Made by a program: the position numbers and the translations under genes
NCBI GenBank assembly: GCA_965248925.1
Contig: CBDFLE010000006.1
Span: 3,232,001-3,296,000 of the forward strand
DNA: 64,000 nucleotides
Reading direction: 5' to 3'
DNA from: Candidatus Multivoradales bacterium
Lineage (GTDB): Bacteria; Acidobacteriota; Thermoanaerobaculia; Multivoradales; J023
In this document: positions 30,444-40,677 of the stretch, piece by piece
Layout: every line of letters begins with the position of its first letter
How positions within the stretch are numbered: position 1 is the stretch's first letter
The notes under the pieces: generated by a model
Database searches by the model: none
The model's input: the letters and a program-made list of their open reading frames with translations, nothing else
What the model was told of the DNA's origin: nothing

Positions 30444-31165
30444 GCGACCTCTGGTGGTTTGCCAAGTAGTGCTAGCAAGTGACTGCGCCACGGCTCCACG
30501 GCGGCCAAGGCCGGGTAGAGTTGATCGACCCACGCCGCCGGCAAGCGGCGTGCGATGTGCGGTAGAAAAGTGAGGCTGCGCACCGGGCCGGCGAGCCGCG
30601 GGAAGAGGGCTGTCAGCTGCTCGCGGGTCAGCGGTCGTACGTCCGGGTTGTGAGGGTTGGCGCGGCGGCTGTCGTAGATCAACACCGCACCGTCCGGGGC
30701 CAGCACCCGCATTGCTTCGGTGGCAACTCGTCGGCGCATGGCGGGGTCGAGGATTGAGCTGAAGACGGTCAGCAGGCTCACCAAATCGAATTTTTCATCG
30801 GGCCAAGGCAGGGCGCTGGCACAGCTCAGGGAGAGGGCGGTCCGTGGCAGGCGTCGGTGGGCGCTGACCAGGGGCTTGGCGCGGAGATCGACTCCTGCTA
30901 GAAGCTCGGGCCTGGCGCCCCACTGCATTAGCTCGAGCAGGAAATGACCGTCGCCGCAGCCGATGTCGAGCACTCGCCGACCGGCCAACGAGGTGCAACC
31001 CCGGCTGGCCAGCAGGCGCCGGCTGAGCCGATAGCGTTCCGCCAAGCGATGGGCATGGGCCTCGTCCTCGTGGCCGAACCAGCTCGCCTCGTCCTCGTCA
31101 CGTTTCTCATATGCCTCCCGGATCCGCTGCCGCTCATGCTGCATTTGCTGGTCGGTCCGGCGCAT
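30440..31165 (-). CDS. Class I SAM-dependent methyltransferase
   Basis: VLDIGCGDG, LPWPDEKFDLV, RVLAPDG. Confidence 0.9.
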   Translation of the reverse strand: MRRTDQQMQHERQRIREAYEKRDEDEASWFGHEDEAHAHRLAERYRLSRRLLASRGCTSLAGRRVLDIGCGDGHFLLELMQWGARPELLAGVDLRAKPLVSAHRRLPRTALSLSCASALPWPDEKFDLVSLLTVFSSILDPAMRRRVATEAMRVLAPDGAVLIYDSRRANPHNPDVRPLTREQLTALFPRLAGPVRSLTFLPHIARRLPAAWVDQLYPALAAVEPWRSHLLALLGKPPEVA

Positions 31166-32316
31166 CAGGGCAACAGCTCGCGGTAGATCTCACTCAATTG
31201 GTGAGCGATCTTGCCGAGTTCGAAGCGTTCGAGAGCGAGCTGCCGGGCTCGCCTGCCGTAGCGCTTGGCGGCCGGCCGATCGCGGAGCAAGTCAACGACT
31301 GCTTGAGCGAGTTGCGACGGCTGCCGAGTGGGTACCAGCAGGCCACTGCGGCGGTTGGCCACGACTTCGCGGCAGCCAACGTGATCGGTGGTGACGATCG
31401 GCAAACCGGCAAAGGCGGCCTCGATCAGGGCGCGGGGAATGCCCTCGCGATAGTAGGACGGGAACACGAAGACGTCAGCCGCCGCCAACAGATCTTCGAT
31501 GTCGTCCCGCGGCCCGAGCCACTCGAGTTGCTGGCCGAGGATTGCGAGGTCCGCGCTATCGAGAGCGTCGAGGGCCTCCTTGTCCTGCCCTCCTGCCCAC
31601 CAGATCCGGCAGTCGGGATGGGCGTCGCGGATTGCTGTTGCCGCGCTCGCCAGATCGAGCGCTCCTTTGGAGCGGATCAAGCGGGCGACCGTCAGCACCA
31701 TCTGCTCACCCGCTGCCAGGCCCAGCTTGCGGCGGGCCTCAGCACGATACTCAGGCCGTTCGGCGAGCCTGGCGAAACGGCTTGCCAAGACCCCGGAGCC
31801 AGCGATCACTCGACATTGTCGCGGCGAGACAATTTTGCGCTCAACGAAGATCTGGCGATCCTCCGCGTTGTAGAACAGGGTCAGTCCGGAGCGGTGGCAG
31901 GCCAGGGTGTGCAGCCGGCGAAAGACCTCCCGACGTTGGCGGATAGACGGGGTGTCGTAGGTGTAGAGGGCGCCCAGGCCGGGCAGCGTACCGATCACTG
32001 CTGGCACTTTGGCGCGCCGTGCCGCCAGCCGGCCCACGACGCAGGGCTTGGTGTCGAAGCAATGCACGATCGCTGGCGCCCAGTGGCTGATCAATGGACT
32101 CAACGCACTCATCGAGCGCCGATCGGCAGGCAGATCGAAGCCGCGCGCCAGGGGATAGTCGAAGTAGGGGTAGCGACCACGAAAGCGCTTCGCCAGACGT
32201 GGCTCGCTGCCGACCGCGGCGAGCTCGAACTGGCTGGCCAGGCAGGTCATCAGCTCCAAGCGCGAGTCGACATCTGGGCCGCCGATCAACATTAGCCTTG
32301 GCTTGACCTGGCTCAT
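31165..32316 (-). CDS. Glycosyltransferase family 4
   Basis: ARLIRSKG, FVFPSYYREGIPRALIEA, GCREVV. Confidence 0.92.
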   Translation of the reverse strand: MSQVKPRLMLIGGPDVDSRLELMTCLASQFELAAVGSEPRLAKRFRGRYPYFDYPLARGFDLPADRRSMSALSPLISHWAPAIVHCFDTKPCVVGRLAARRAKVPAVIGTLPGLGALYTYDTPSIRQRREVFRRLHTLACHRSGLTLFYNAEDRQIFVERKIVSPRQCRVIAGSGVLASRFARLAERPEYRAEARRKLGLAAGEQMVLTVARLIRSKGALDLASAATAIRDAHPDCRIWWAGGQDKEALDALDSADLAILGQQLEWLGPRDDIEDLLAAADVFVFPSYYREGIPRALIEAAFAGLPIVTTDHVGCREVVANRRSGLLVPTRQPSQLAQAVVDLLRDRPAAKRYGRRARQLALERFELGKIAHQLSEIYRELLP

Positions 32317-32329
32317 TGCAGTGGGCTCA

Positions 32330-33220
32330 TCATTGCAGTGGCACGGTGTTAGTCGCCGCAACTCTCGAGTGGCCTAGGCGACGCAGACCGTACAGTTCTA
32401 GCAGCTCGGCCAGGCGCCGCAGGTCTCGTCTTAGCACCCGCGGCTCGCTACGCCATTCGAAGAGCGGGCCAACGCCGCCATACTCCAGCGCTACGGCCCA
32501 GGGCCGGCGCCAGCGGCCGGCGGCGATCGCGCCTAGCGCCAACTCGAGCAACTGCCAGGCGCGTGGGTCCATCGGCATGTGGTCGCGTCGTCGACCCTCG
32601 GCATCGTTGCCCAAGCCGGTGACATGAAGCTCGGCCAGGTGACGGTTGGGGTGGGCGTAGAGATGATCTTCAGCGGCCACTCCGAGTTCCTCGGCGGCCA
32701 GGCGAGAGTGAGCCAGGTCGAGCAGCAGGCCGCAGCCGGTGGTCTCGACCACCGTGCTCAGCAGCAGCGGGTCGGCGGCGACGCGGTCAATCGGATAGTC
32801 GCTGCGGCGTTCCCAAGGGACGTTCTCCACCACCACCGTGGCAGGACCAAAACGCTTGCCGAGCACTTCAATGTCGCTCACCGCTTGGCGCAGGGTGCGT
32901 TCCGTCGCGGTGCCAACGGACTCTCCATCGACTGTCGGTGGCGCCAGATGGGTGTTGACCCAATAGGTCGAGGTGCGCTCTATCCAGTCCGCGGCCGCTG
33001 CGAGGTCGGCGGCTGTTGGCGACCCTTGGCCGGCTTGGAAATCGAAATGAACCATCACCGGCCGCCAGCGCTTGGCGGCGGCGATCAACCCTGGCCAAGG
33101 TGGGCACTTGAACAGATCGATCTCGACCTCGCCGGCTGCCAACAAGCGCTCGGCCTGCGGCGAGTAGTTCACTGCGAGATGCAATGGCGGCGGGGCAGTG
33201 GATGGGTCTGAGGATGACAC
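32330..33220 (-). CDS. DUF692 family multinuclear non-heme iron oxidative enzyme (MNIO)-like
   Basis: NTHL, VENVP, LLLDLAH, ELHVTG, DH, LEY metal-ligand pattern of the DUF692 TIM barrel. Confidence 0.8.
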   Translation of the reverse strand: MSSSDPSTAPPPLHLAVNYSPQAERLLAAGEVEIDLFKCPPWPGLIAAAKRWRPVMVHFDFQAGQGSPTAADLAAAADWIERTSTYWVNTHLAPPTVDGESVGTATERTLRQAVSDIEVLGKRFGPATVVVENVPWERRSDYPIDRVAADPLLLSTVVETTGCGLLLDLAHSRLAAEELGVAAEDHLYAHPNRHLAELHVTGLGNDAEGRRRDHMPMDPRAWQLLELALGAIAAGRWRRPWAVALEYGGVGPLFEWRSEPRVLRRDLRRLAELLELYGLRRLGHSRVAATNTVPLQ

Positions 33221-33496
33221 CGCTCAAGCTTAACCCGGAGATGCTGAGCAAGCTCTTGCCTCGGTCTCCGATGCGCTGAGCCGCATATACCGAGGGCGAC
33301 TGGCGTTTGTCGGGTTGGGCCAGGTTGCCACAATATGGCTACTTGAATGGCTAAATCTGCAATTGGCTAGGTCGTCAGGCCACTTTTAAGGTGAGTCTTA
33401 GTTCAATCTTCTGCGCCATTTGACCTCGGCCAATTTCCCTCCCTTAAGGTCGAGTGAGTTTCGCTATTAACGGCGAGCGTACTCAAGGAGCGCGTG

Positions 33497-33622
33497 ATGA
33501 CCTTCTCTTCCCAGCATCAGCATCAGACCCCCAACCACACCCAAGACCAGACCTTTCCTTTCGCTGAGCCGACTCATCTTCCGGTGGGCCGGCAAGGGAT
33601 GATGGTCGACCCGCTGGCTTGA
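33497..33622 (+). CDS. Small peptide ORF 1 (41 aa), ends RQGMMVDPLA
   Basis: AAGGAG RBS at 33485; MTFSSQHQHQTPNHTQDQTFPFAEPTHLPVGRQGMMVDPLA; below the ORF-track cutoff. Confidence 0.6.
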   Translation: MTFSSQHQHQTPNHTQDQTFPFAEPTHLPVGRQGMMVDPLA

Positions 33623-33707
33623 GACTGGAGGTGAATGTCGGCCCGCAGCCTTGATCTAGCGCCAAATCACTCGCTCTCGCCTGCGTCTGGCTTTCACCCA
33701 GGGGCTT

Positions 33708-35462
33708 CTAGACGCCCGCTGGGTGGCGGGCTGGGTTCTGCAGTCCCTCGGCCGACGAACGAATTCGCCGTAGGAGCCGCAAGCTGACTTGCTCGCTACG
33801 CAACGCCTGTTTCAACAGTGTCAGGCCGACCAAGGCCTGCGGATGAATCTTGAGGGCGTCGAAGAGGGGTACGACCTGGGAAACCATGGCAACCACATCG
33901 GCGCCACGGTTCTCCTTGGCGTAGATGATTGCCAGATCTAGGGAGACCGTAGCGGCCTCGCCGGCCCGACCCAGGTCGAGGAAGCCGTTGCGGACTTCCT
34001 CGTAGAGCGACTCGGCGACCGCCAGCTGGTCACCGCGATCAGCGATGACCGCTTCGACCCACTTAAGATGCAGCAGCATGCCGTGATTGCTGGTTGCAGT
34101 GGCCAAGGCTCGTGCTGGCGATAGCAGTGGGATGGCCTCCTCGAGGCGATCCAGCCGAGCTAGGGTCAGAGCGAGGTTGTGGTACGTGGTCATCTTCAGG
34201 GCGAGATCCTTCTTGGGATCAAGCAAGTTCAAGGCCAGGCGTAAGTCCTGATACACAAGATTCGGATCTTGGTGAAAATGTGCGCGCATTAGGCTGGCTT
34301 GGGCCAGCTTTTGCGGATCGTTGGCCTGCTCAAAGATTGGCAACACCCGATTCATCATCTTCAATGCGTCGGCCGGTCGGTGCTGAAAGAACAACAAACC
34401 CGCCTTGTGCAAGGTCAGCATTGCCTCGGGCAAGGCGCCATGATCCTCCTCCGGTAGGAGCTGGTTGGCACGGGCCAAGGCTCTGGCGGCGCCGCCGAGA
34501 TCCCAGTTGAGCCGGCGAGCGTTGCCGAGAGTCATCCAGGCTTTCATCTCCAGGAGCGCGTGCTGACGAGGGTCCAGGCAGTCCGCCTCAATGGCGCCTA
34601 TCGACTGCAGGGCCAGCTCTGCGTAGTGGATGCCCAGTTGGCGATCTTCGCGGCCGATCTCGACGCTCTTTCGGCGCAGCAGATTGCAAAAACCTGGGCC
34701 TGGCAGTTCGAGCGACTTGCCGACCAGCCGTCGCTGATCGTCCGCTGGGCGCTCGCGCAGCGACTTCCACAAAGCCTCGGCTTGAATCTCCTCCAGGGTG
34801 CATTCATCGAGCTGGTGATTGCCGTGCGAAGTCGGTTGAGTAGACGATTCCTGGGGAGCCAGATCGCTTTTCTCGACGGATTGATGCAAGGCGCTTGGGT
34901 ACAACGTCAGCAGATGCTGAATCAGCGCCTCTGCCTTGTCCAGTCCGAGGGTGCCTTGAACAGCCTTCTTGAGCAGCAATTCGTTACAGGCAATGTGTCG
35001 AGCGATCTGTAAGCGCTCTTCAGGAGTTGGCTCCTGGCTACTGGGTCGGGCATCGGGATTGGCCACCCGGTGTTTGCGGCGGTACGCGGTGGGGCGTAGT
35101 CCCGACCATTGCAGGAATGCTCGGCTGAAGACTTGGATGCCGGAGTAGCCGACCAGCGTACAAACCTGCCAGATCTTGAGATCGGTGTCGCACAGCAGGC
35201 GCGCCGCGGTCTCCATCCGGCAGTCCTTGATGTAGGCGTAGGGCGGCAGTCCGACCGCGGTGTGGAACTGAATCGGCAGAGTGTTGTCCCGCAGCTGACA
35301 GGCGCGTTTGAGCTGCTGAAAATCGAGATCTGGCTCGAACAAGTGGGCCTTGATGTAGGCCAGGATCGGCTGTAGCCGAGGTGGCGCTTGTTCCAGGTCC
35401 TTGCCAATGCGCTCCAGCGTTTTGGTAGCGGCGGTGTCAAACAGACTGTGCTTCTGGTCCAC
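33708..35462 (-). CDS. AraC-type HTH + TPR regulator (copy 1)
   Basis: RMETAARLL..TDLKIWQVCTLVGYSGIQVFSRAF...G.RPTAYR; TPR helices (LGNARRL, YHNLALTL); GTG start with GGAGG. Confidence 0.9.
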   Translation of the reverse strand: MDQKHSLFDTAATKTLERIGKDLEQAPPRLQPILAYIKAHLFEPDLDFQQLKRACQLRDNTLPIQFHTAVGLPPYAYIKDCRMETAARLLCDTDLKIWQVCTLVGYSGIQVFSRAFLQWSGLRPTAYRRKHRVANPDARPSSQEPTPEERLQIARHIACNELLLKKAVQGTLGLDKAEALIQHLLTLYPSALHQSVEKSDLAPQESSTQPTSHGNHQLDECTLEEIQAEALWKSLRERPADDQRRLVGKSLELPGPGFCNLLRRKSVEIGREDRQLGIHYAELALQSIGAIEADCLDPRQHALLEMKAWMTLGNARRLNWDLGGAARALARANQLLPEEDHGALPEAMLTLHKAGLLFFQHRPADALKMMNRVLPIFEQANDPQKLAQASLMRAHFHQDPNLVYQDLRLALNLLDPKKDLALKMTTYHNLALTLARLDRLEEAIPLLSPARALATATSNHGMLLHLKWVEAVIADRGDQLAVAESLYEEVRNGFLDLGRAGEAATVSLDLAIIYAKENRGADVVAMVSQVVPLFDALKIHPQALVGLTLLKQALRSEQVSLRLLRRIRSSAEGLQNPARHPAGV

Positions 35463-35755
35463 GGTTAAACCTCCGAGTCTTACTTTGTTCCTATGATAAT
35501 TATCAGAATCTCTGTCGATCGCGATCGAAGTTTCTTAGATCGGCCCACATTGGGTGAGGGACACCCTGAAGACTCTCTGGAAAGTGCCATTCTGGCATCA
35601 AACATCGTCTCTGTCGAGAGCGAAGGGCAGGCTGATGCCTCGGAATATTTAGGCAAATTTTCTGTGTTTTCCTACCAGGAGCGATTAGGCTCTACCTAGG
35701 CGGTGAGTGCTGTCATGTAGATGGGCGCGACAGTCCGCCAGAAAGGAGCTTTGAG

Positions 35756-35920
35756 ATGTTTACTTTTTTTTGGAAGGGAAGAAGTACGGTGCGTTACTGC
35801 CAGAAGTACTTCCCAAAGGGACCGGGAGGGCTGCCGTCACTGCGGCGAGAGGCGCGACTAAGGGTCAGTCCAGGCATCGACCCATTCGGCTCACAGATTC
35901 CACCGACCCTTGGTGGATGA
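35756..35920 (+). CDS. Small peptide ORF 2 (54 aa), contains RVSPGIDPFG
   Basis: AAAGGAG RBS; MFTFFWKGRSTVRYCQKYFPKGPGGLPSLRREARLRVSPGIDPFGSQIPPTLGG. Confidence 0.6.
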   Translation: MFTFFWKGRSTVRYCQKYFPKGPGGLPSLRREARLRVSPGIDPFGSQIPPTLGG

Positions 35921-36046
35921 TCTAGCATAGGTCCCTGAGAGCCTCGCGCCACTGCTGAGCCGGCGCGGGGCTACATTGATCAAGCGGCTGGGGGATTGGC
36001 CGCCAAGAGTTGAGAACCTGACGATGACAAGGCCATCGCTTCTCTA

Positions 36047-37801
36047 TCAGGTCGTCAAGCCCGGTTCCCACTGCAACCGCACCAGGGTTGCTCGCGATTG
36101 CTCCAGCGACACCGCGGTTACGTTGCGGTTGTCGAGCGCGTTCTGTAGCAGCTTCAAAGCGATCATCGCAGTCTCGCGATGCTGAAGAGCATCGAAGATC
36201 GGAATGATCTCGGTGACCAACCAAGTCACCTCGTTCGAGCGCCCTTGGCGGGCGCAAAGTAGTGCAAGGTCCAGCGTCACCACAGCTGTCAGCTCTGACA
36301 GATCGAGGTCGATGAACCCAGCGCGGGCTTCTCGGAAAAGCTTCTCTGCCTCCTTGAGGTGCCCCAAACCTTGAGCAATCAGTCCTTCTACCCAGACCAG
36401 CTTCAGCGATATTGGTCGAATGCCGAGCTGTTCGCAGCTGACTCGCAGGGATGGCAGCATCGTTGCGGCGTGGGTGAATTCACCCTTCAGCGTCATCAAG
36501 AAAGCCAAACTTTGGTGGACGCTGAGTTTAAGTAGTGGATTGTCCAAGGAATCGACCAACTGACGAGCTTCGAGAAGACACTCTAGCCCGGTCTCGGCCT
36601 GATCCGTCTGCTGCAGAATAGCCGATTTCATTACCAAGATCTGCACCAACAGGGTGTCCAGCTGAATTCGTCGTCCGAGTACCAGCGCTTGGTTGATCAG
36701 CTGCAAAGCCTCTTGATAACGGCTTTGATACCAGCGCAAGGTGGCTTTCATCGCCAGAAACTCAGACACCTCAGGGTGGTCGCCGGCTTCACCTTCAGGC
36801 AGGTAGTGTTCTGCTTTCAAGAAGGCCTTCTCGGCCTGCAAGAAGTCCAGAGCGAGGCGGTGAGCGTTGCCCAGCCTGGACCAGGCGCGCACAGTCAGGG
36901 CTCTACGATCAATCTCGGGATCTTCGCGGTTCAGCAGCTCCAGGCTGAAAAGTGCGAGTTTTGCCAAAGTAACGCCCCGCTGGCGATTGTCCCGGCCGAG
37001 GGCCAGGCTCTTCTGGCACAGGAAGTCAAAAAACGCGGCAGAACTCAGCCGCACCGTGGTGCGCAAATGGATCCGCTGCTCGATCGGGGAAAGGTCGGCG
37101 ATAGACCGCCAGATCTCTTCCGCGCGGAGGGTTTCGATAGTTGGAATCTCAAGCATTAGCCCGTCGGGTATCGCACTGAGGGGCTCCCGGATCATTGGAT
37201 TTGCAGGGGCCGCCGAAGTCTTGCCGGTGGTTTGCCGCCCTCCTGCTTCACAGCGCGGGTAGAGACGATGCAGTTGCCGGATCAAATGATCCGCTTGACC
37301 GGGCTCCAGCTTGCCTTGAACGGCTCGCCGCAGCAATGCACTGGTCGGCGGTGTCGCGCTCCAGGTAGATTTGTCCGTCCCCTCTCTGCCCTGGGCCGAT
37401 TGGTGCAGCTGTTTTCTGCGATAGGCAGTTGGCCGCAAGCCGGACCACTCGAGGAAGGCGCGGCTGAACACCTGAATCCCGGAGTAACCCACCAGCATGC
37501 AGATCTGCCAGACCTTCAGTTCGGTGTCGCGGAGTAGTCGGGCCGCGGTTTCGAGTCGGCAATGCTTAATGTATGTGTAAGGGGGCATGCCGATCTCGCT
37601 ATGAAATTCGATCGGCACTGTATTATCGCGGATCTTGCATGCGATCCTCAGTTGCTGAAAGTCGAGCCCCGGTTCGTAGAGATGGCTCTCGATATAGGAC
37701 AGGATGGGCTTTAGGCGGGGCGGAGCTGTTGCCAGGTCGCGGCGAATGCGATTCAACGTCTCGGCAGCCGCTGGCTCGAATGAGGCGGGTTGTTGGTTCA
37801 C
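36047..37801 (-). CDS. AraC-type HTH + TPR regulator (copy 2)
   Basis: Paralog of 33708-35462, same 584 aa length, near-identical AraC part; GTG start with GGAGGA. Confidence 0.9.
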   Translation of the reverse strand: MNQQPASFEPAAAETLNRIRRDLATAPPRLKPILSYIESHLYEPGLDFQQLRIACKIRDNTVPIEFHSEIGMPPYTYIKHCRLETAARLLRDTELKVWQICMLVGYSGIQVFSRAFLEWSGLRPTAYRRKQLHQSAQGREGTDKSTWSATPPTSALLRRAVQGKLEPGQADHLIRQLHRLYPRCEAGGRQTTGKTSAAPANPMIREPLSAIPDGLMLEIPTIETLRAEEIWRSIADLSPIEQRIHLRTTVRLSSAAFFDFLCQKSLALGRDNRQRGVTLAKLALFSLELLNREDPEIDRRALTVRAWSRLGNAHRLALDFLQAEKAFLKAEHYLPEGEAGDHPEVSEFLAMKATLRWYQSRYQEALQLINQALVLGRRIQLDTLLVQILVMKSAILQQTDQAETGLECLLEARQLVDSLDNPLLKLSVHQSLAFLMTLKGEFTHAATMLPSLRVSCEQLGIRPISLKLVWVEGLIAQGLGHLKEAEKLFREARAGFIDLDLSELTAVVTLDLALLCARQGRSNEVTWLVTEIIPIFDALQHRETAMIALKLLQNALDNRNVTAVSLEQSRATLVRLQWEPGLTT

Positions 37802-37908
37802 TAGCAGTCCTCCCTATATATCGAGTTGAATTCCAGCATGGTAGCAAAGTCTGGCCGATCTGTCCTGTGATTCCCCTAGGTGTTGATGAAGCTCGCTGGC
37901 GGTGAAGT

Positions 37909-40392
37909 TCACTCCTCGCGTAAGACAGTGGTCGGTCGAGCGCCGATGGCGCGAAGGGCGGGTATCAGGCAGCCGAGTAGGGCGGCGGTTAGCAGTACTG
38001 CCGACAGGGCGAGGAAGACTTTCGGATCCCGAGGAGTGATCTCGTGCAGTTGCTTGGAAACGACCTGCGGCAGAATCATGAAACCCAGCAGCCAGCCCAG
38101 AGCCAAGCCGGCCAAGACCACCCGTGCCCCCTGCAGAAGTACCGAATTCAGCAAACTAGTGCGCCGTGCTCCGATGGCCATGCGGATGGCGAACTCGCGG
38201 CGCCGCTGATTGACCGTGTAGGCCAGGACGGCGTAGACCCCGACCACCGCCAACACCAATGCCAACAGGCCGAAGGCGCTCAGCAAGATTGCCGAGGTGC
38301 GCTCTAGCCACAGAGCTTCGTTGACAAAATGGCGCATCGAGTTCAAGTCGGCGAGCGGTACATTGGTGTCGAGTTGCTGCAACTCGCGTCGTACGGCAGG
38401 AAGCAAGAGCGTTGGCTCGGTGTCGGTGCGAATATGCAGCGTCATCAGTTGGGAGTAGTTTTGGGATTCGGGCAAGTAGACAAAGAATTGCGCCGGTTCC
38501 TGGACTTCTCGATAAGAAGCGTCGGCAACTACGCCGACCACCTCCACCGCTGGCTCGTGGGCATAGTCGAAGTGAAAGACTTGGCCGACAGCGCTCCGGT
38601 TTGGCCACAACTGGCGAGCCATGGTGTCGTTGATGATCGCAATCGGCCGATAGTCGGCCGCATAGTGATCTTCGAAGTCGGTACCGGCGAGCAGCTCGAT
38701 TCCGGTGGTGGCGAAGAAACCTCTGCCGACTGAGTTGATGCGGTGGAACGGGCCGAATGGGCTTTCGCTCGCGTCTTCGGCGCCAGTCAAGAAGATATTG
38801 CGTCGCAACGGGCTGCCGCGTAGCAGCCGGTTGGCGGAAAGTGCTACTTGGCGAACGCCAGGTAGTGCTTCCACCCGCGCTACAGCTTGGCGGTAGTAGT
38901 TGCGAGATTGTTCAGGGCTGTAGCCCTGCTCGCCTGGGGTTACGGTGACCACCGCCAGATTGTCAGGCTTGAATCCTAGATCGAGTTGATTGGCCCGTTG
39001 CAGGCTGCGCAAGAACAGGCCCGCGCCGACCAACGCCACCAAGGCCAAGGCAATCTGCGACATGACTAGCAAATTGCGCGGCCGCAACCACCACCGAGGT
39101 GCCCGTCCACGGACCGTCGAGGTGTTTTCTTTGAGGTGCGAGACCAGGTCGGGATTGGCGGCCCTCAAGGCAGGCAAGAGGCCGAAAATGAGGCCGCCGA
39201 CAAAGGTGACGAGTAGCGAGAAAACCATCATCCGGCTTTCAAGCTCCATGCCGGCGGTCTGGCCGGCGAAGGCCGGCGGGCGAAAGCGCCACAGTAGCTG
39301 TAGGCCCCACTGGGCAACTGGCAAGCTGATCAGGCCACCGATCGAGAAAAGCACCATGGTCTCGGTGATCAATTGGGCGGTAATGCGGCCTGGGGTAGCT
39401 CCGACCGCGCGACGGATGGCGACTTCTCTGCCGCGCTCAATACCGCGCACGATGAGCAGATTGGCAATATTCAAGAAGGTGATCAACAAGATTGTCAGCA
39501 CTATCGCCCGGAGAAAATTGACGTACCCCAAGAAGCGAGTGCGGTCGTTGGGGCGGATTGCCGCTTGGGCCAACGGCATGCTGACGATGCCAAGTCCTTC
39601 CATGTCTTTGGGATTTTCGCTCTCTAGTCGCCGCGCCACCGTCATCATTTCTTCGACCGCATGCTGCTGGCTGCGGCCTTCGCGGAGCTTGCCAAAGACC
39701 TTGAACAGGCCGATGCCGGCGACTTCAAAGTAGTCTTTATACGCGCCGATGTCGGGGTACAGCCGAATCGGTAGCCAGAAATCGACCCGGATCCCAACTT
39801 CAGTGCCGTTGAATCCCTGGGGCGCCACGCCGATGACGTCCAGCTGGCGACCGTTGACCATTACCGTGCGGCCGACAACGCTGGGGTCGGCACCGAACAG
39901 GCGGGTCCAGCAGCCGTGGCTCAACACCGTCATGGCAGGCGATTCGTTGGGCTTGTCCTGCTCCGTGGAGTAGAAGTTCCCCAGCGCTGGTCGGATGCCG
40001 AGGGTTGAGAAGTAGTTGCCGCTGGTGAAAGTGCCGACCGCGCGGGCGGAAGTGTCGTTGCCGGTCAGGTTGACCGGGTGCCACTGGAAGAGGACGAGTT
40101 CCTCCACGGTATTGGTGGAGCCATCTCTGAAGTTCTTGTAGTTCTCCCAGGAGAACGGGATGTGGCCCTCGTAGGTTCCCCCGTCGGTGCGCAGAGCGAT
40201 GTAGAACGCCGCCAGCTGCTCGGGGGTCTCGACTTGCAGGGGATTGCTGAAGAGCTTGTGATGAAGAGTGAAAACCGCGGTATTCGCGCCGACACCCAGC
40301 ACCAAGCAGACCAAGATCGCAATAGAGAAGCCCGGCTTCTTCAATAGCAGGCGTAAGCTAAAGCGAATGTCGCTCCAGAGTTGGCGAATCAC
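37909..40392 (-). CDS. MacB/FtsX duplicated ABC permease (ADOP type)
   Basis: DIRFSLRLLLKKPGF, LGVGANTAVF, two 'RE.AIR.A.GA' motifs, C-terminal LREE; GTG start with GGAGGAG. Confidence 0.92.
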   Translation of the reverse strand: MIRQLWSDIRFSLRLLLKKPGFSIAILVCLVLGVGANTAVFTLHHKLFSNPLQVETPEQLAAFYIALRTDGGTYEGHIPFSWENYKNFRDGSTNTVEELVLFQWHPVNLTGNDTSARAVGTFTSGNYFSTLGIRPALGNFYSTEQDKPNESPAMTVLSHGCWTRLFGADPSVVGRTVMVNGRQLDVIGVAPQGFNGTEVGIRVDFWLPIRLYPDIGAYKDYFEVAGIGLFKVFGKLREGRSQQHAVEEMMTVARRLESENPKDMEGLGIVSMPLAQAAIRPNDRTRFLGYVNFLRAIVLTILLITFLNIANLLIVRGIERGREVAIRRAVGATPGRITAQLITETMVLFSIGGLISLPVAQWGLQLLWRFRPPAFAGQTAGMELESRMMVFSLLVTFVGGLIFGLLPALRAANPDLVSHLKENTSTVRGRAPRWWLRPRNLLVMSQIALALVALVGAGLFLRSLQRANQLDLGFKPDNLAVVTVTPGEQGYSPEQSRNYYRQAVARVEALPGVRQVALSANRLLRGSPLRRNIFLTGAEDASESPFGPFHRINSVGRGFFATTGIELLAGTDFEDHYAADYRPIAIINDTMARQLWPNRSAVGQVFHFDYAHEPAVEVVGVVADASYREVQEPAQFFVYLPESQNYSQLMTLHIRTDTEPTLLLPAVRRELQQLDTNVPLADLNSMRHFVNEALWLERTSAILLSAFGLLALVLAVVGVYAVLAYTVNQRRREFAIRMAIGARRTSLLNSVLLQGARVVLAGLALGWLLGFMILPQVVSKQLHEITPRDPKVFLALSAVLLTAALLGCLIPALRAIGARPTTVLREE

Positions 40393-40677
40393 ATCTCCTC
40401 CCGCGGCACGTAGTGGCGGCTGGGGGATGCCAAGGGCTCTTGGCCCCAAGGGCCAATCCCTTTGCAATTGCCACTTTGACGTGCCATGACTGCTTATCTT
40501 ATATCCAGAGTGTGCCAACCGGGGTGGATTGTTTTGCCCCGCTTGCGCATCGAGTTACCAGCCAAAGCCGTAGGACAGGGCGAATAAGGGCGCCGCGACG
40601 CAGATATACTTTCCGCCAGCCCGGCGGCTGGGCTGCCGTGGGCGGCCAGTAAAGCTCCTTCTGCGAGAGGAAAATTG

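Noticed and set aside
31111-32295. 394 aa plus-strand ORF
   Set aside because: Antisense shadow of GT4, typical of high-GC DNA
33336-33369. Three tggcta repeats as an operator
   Set aside because: Short and unevenly spaced, and not seen upstream of the other peptide ORFs
33483-33665. Minus-strand 60 aa ORF with Cys as MNIO precursor
   Set aside because: No RBS, and antisense to the better-supported plus-strand peptide ORF
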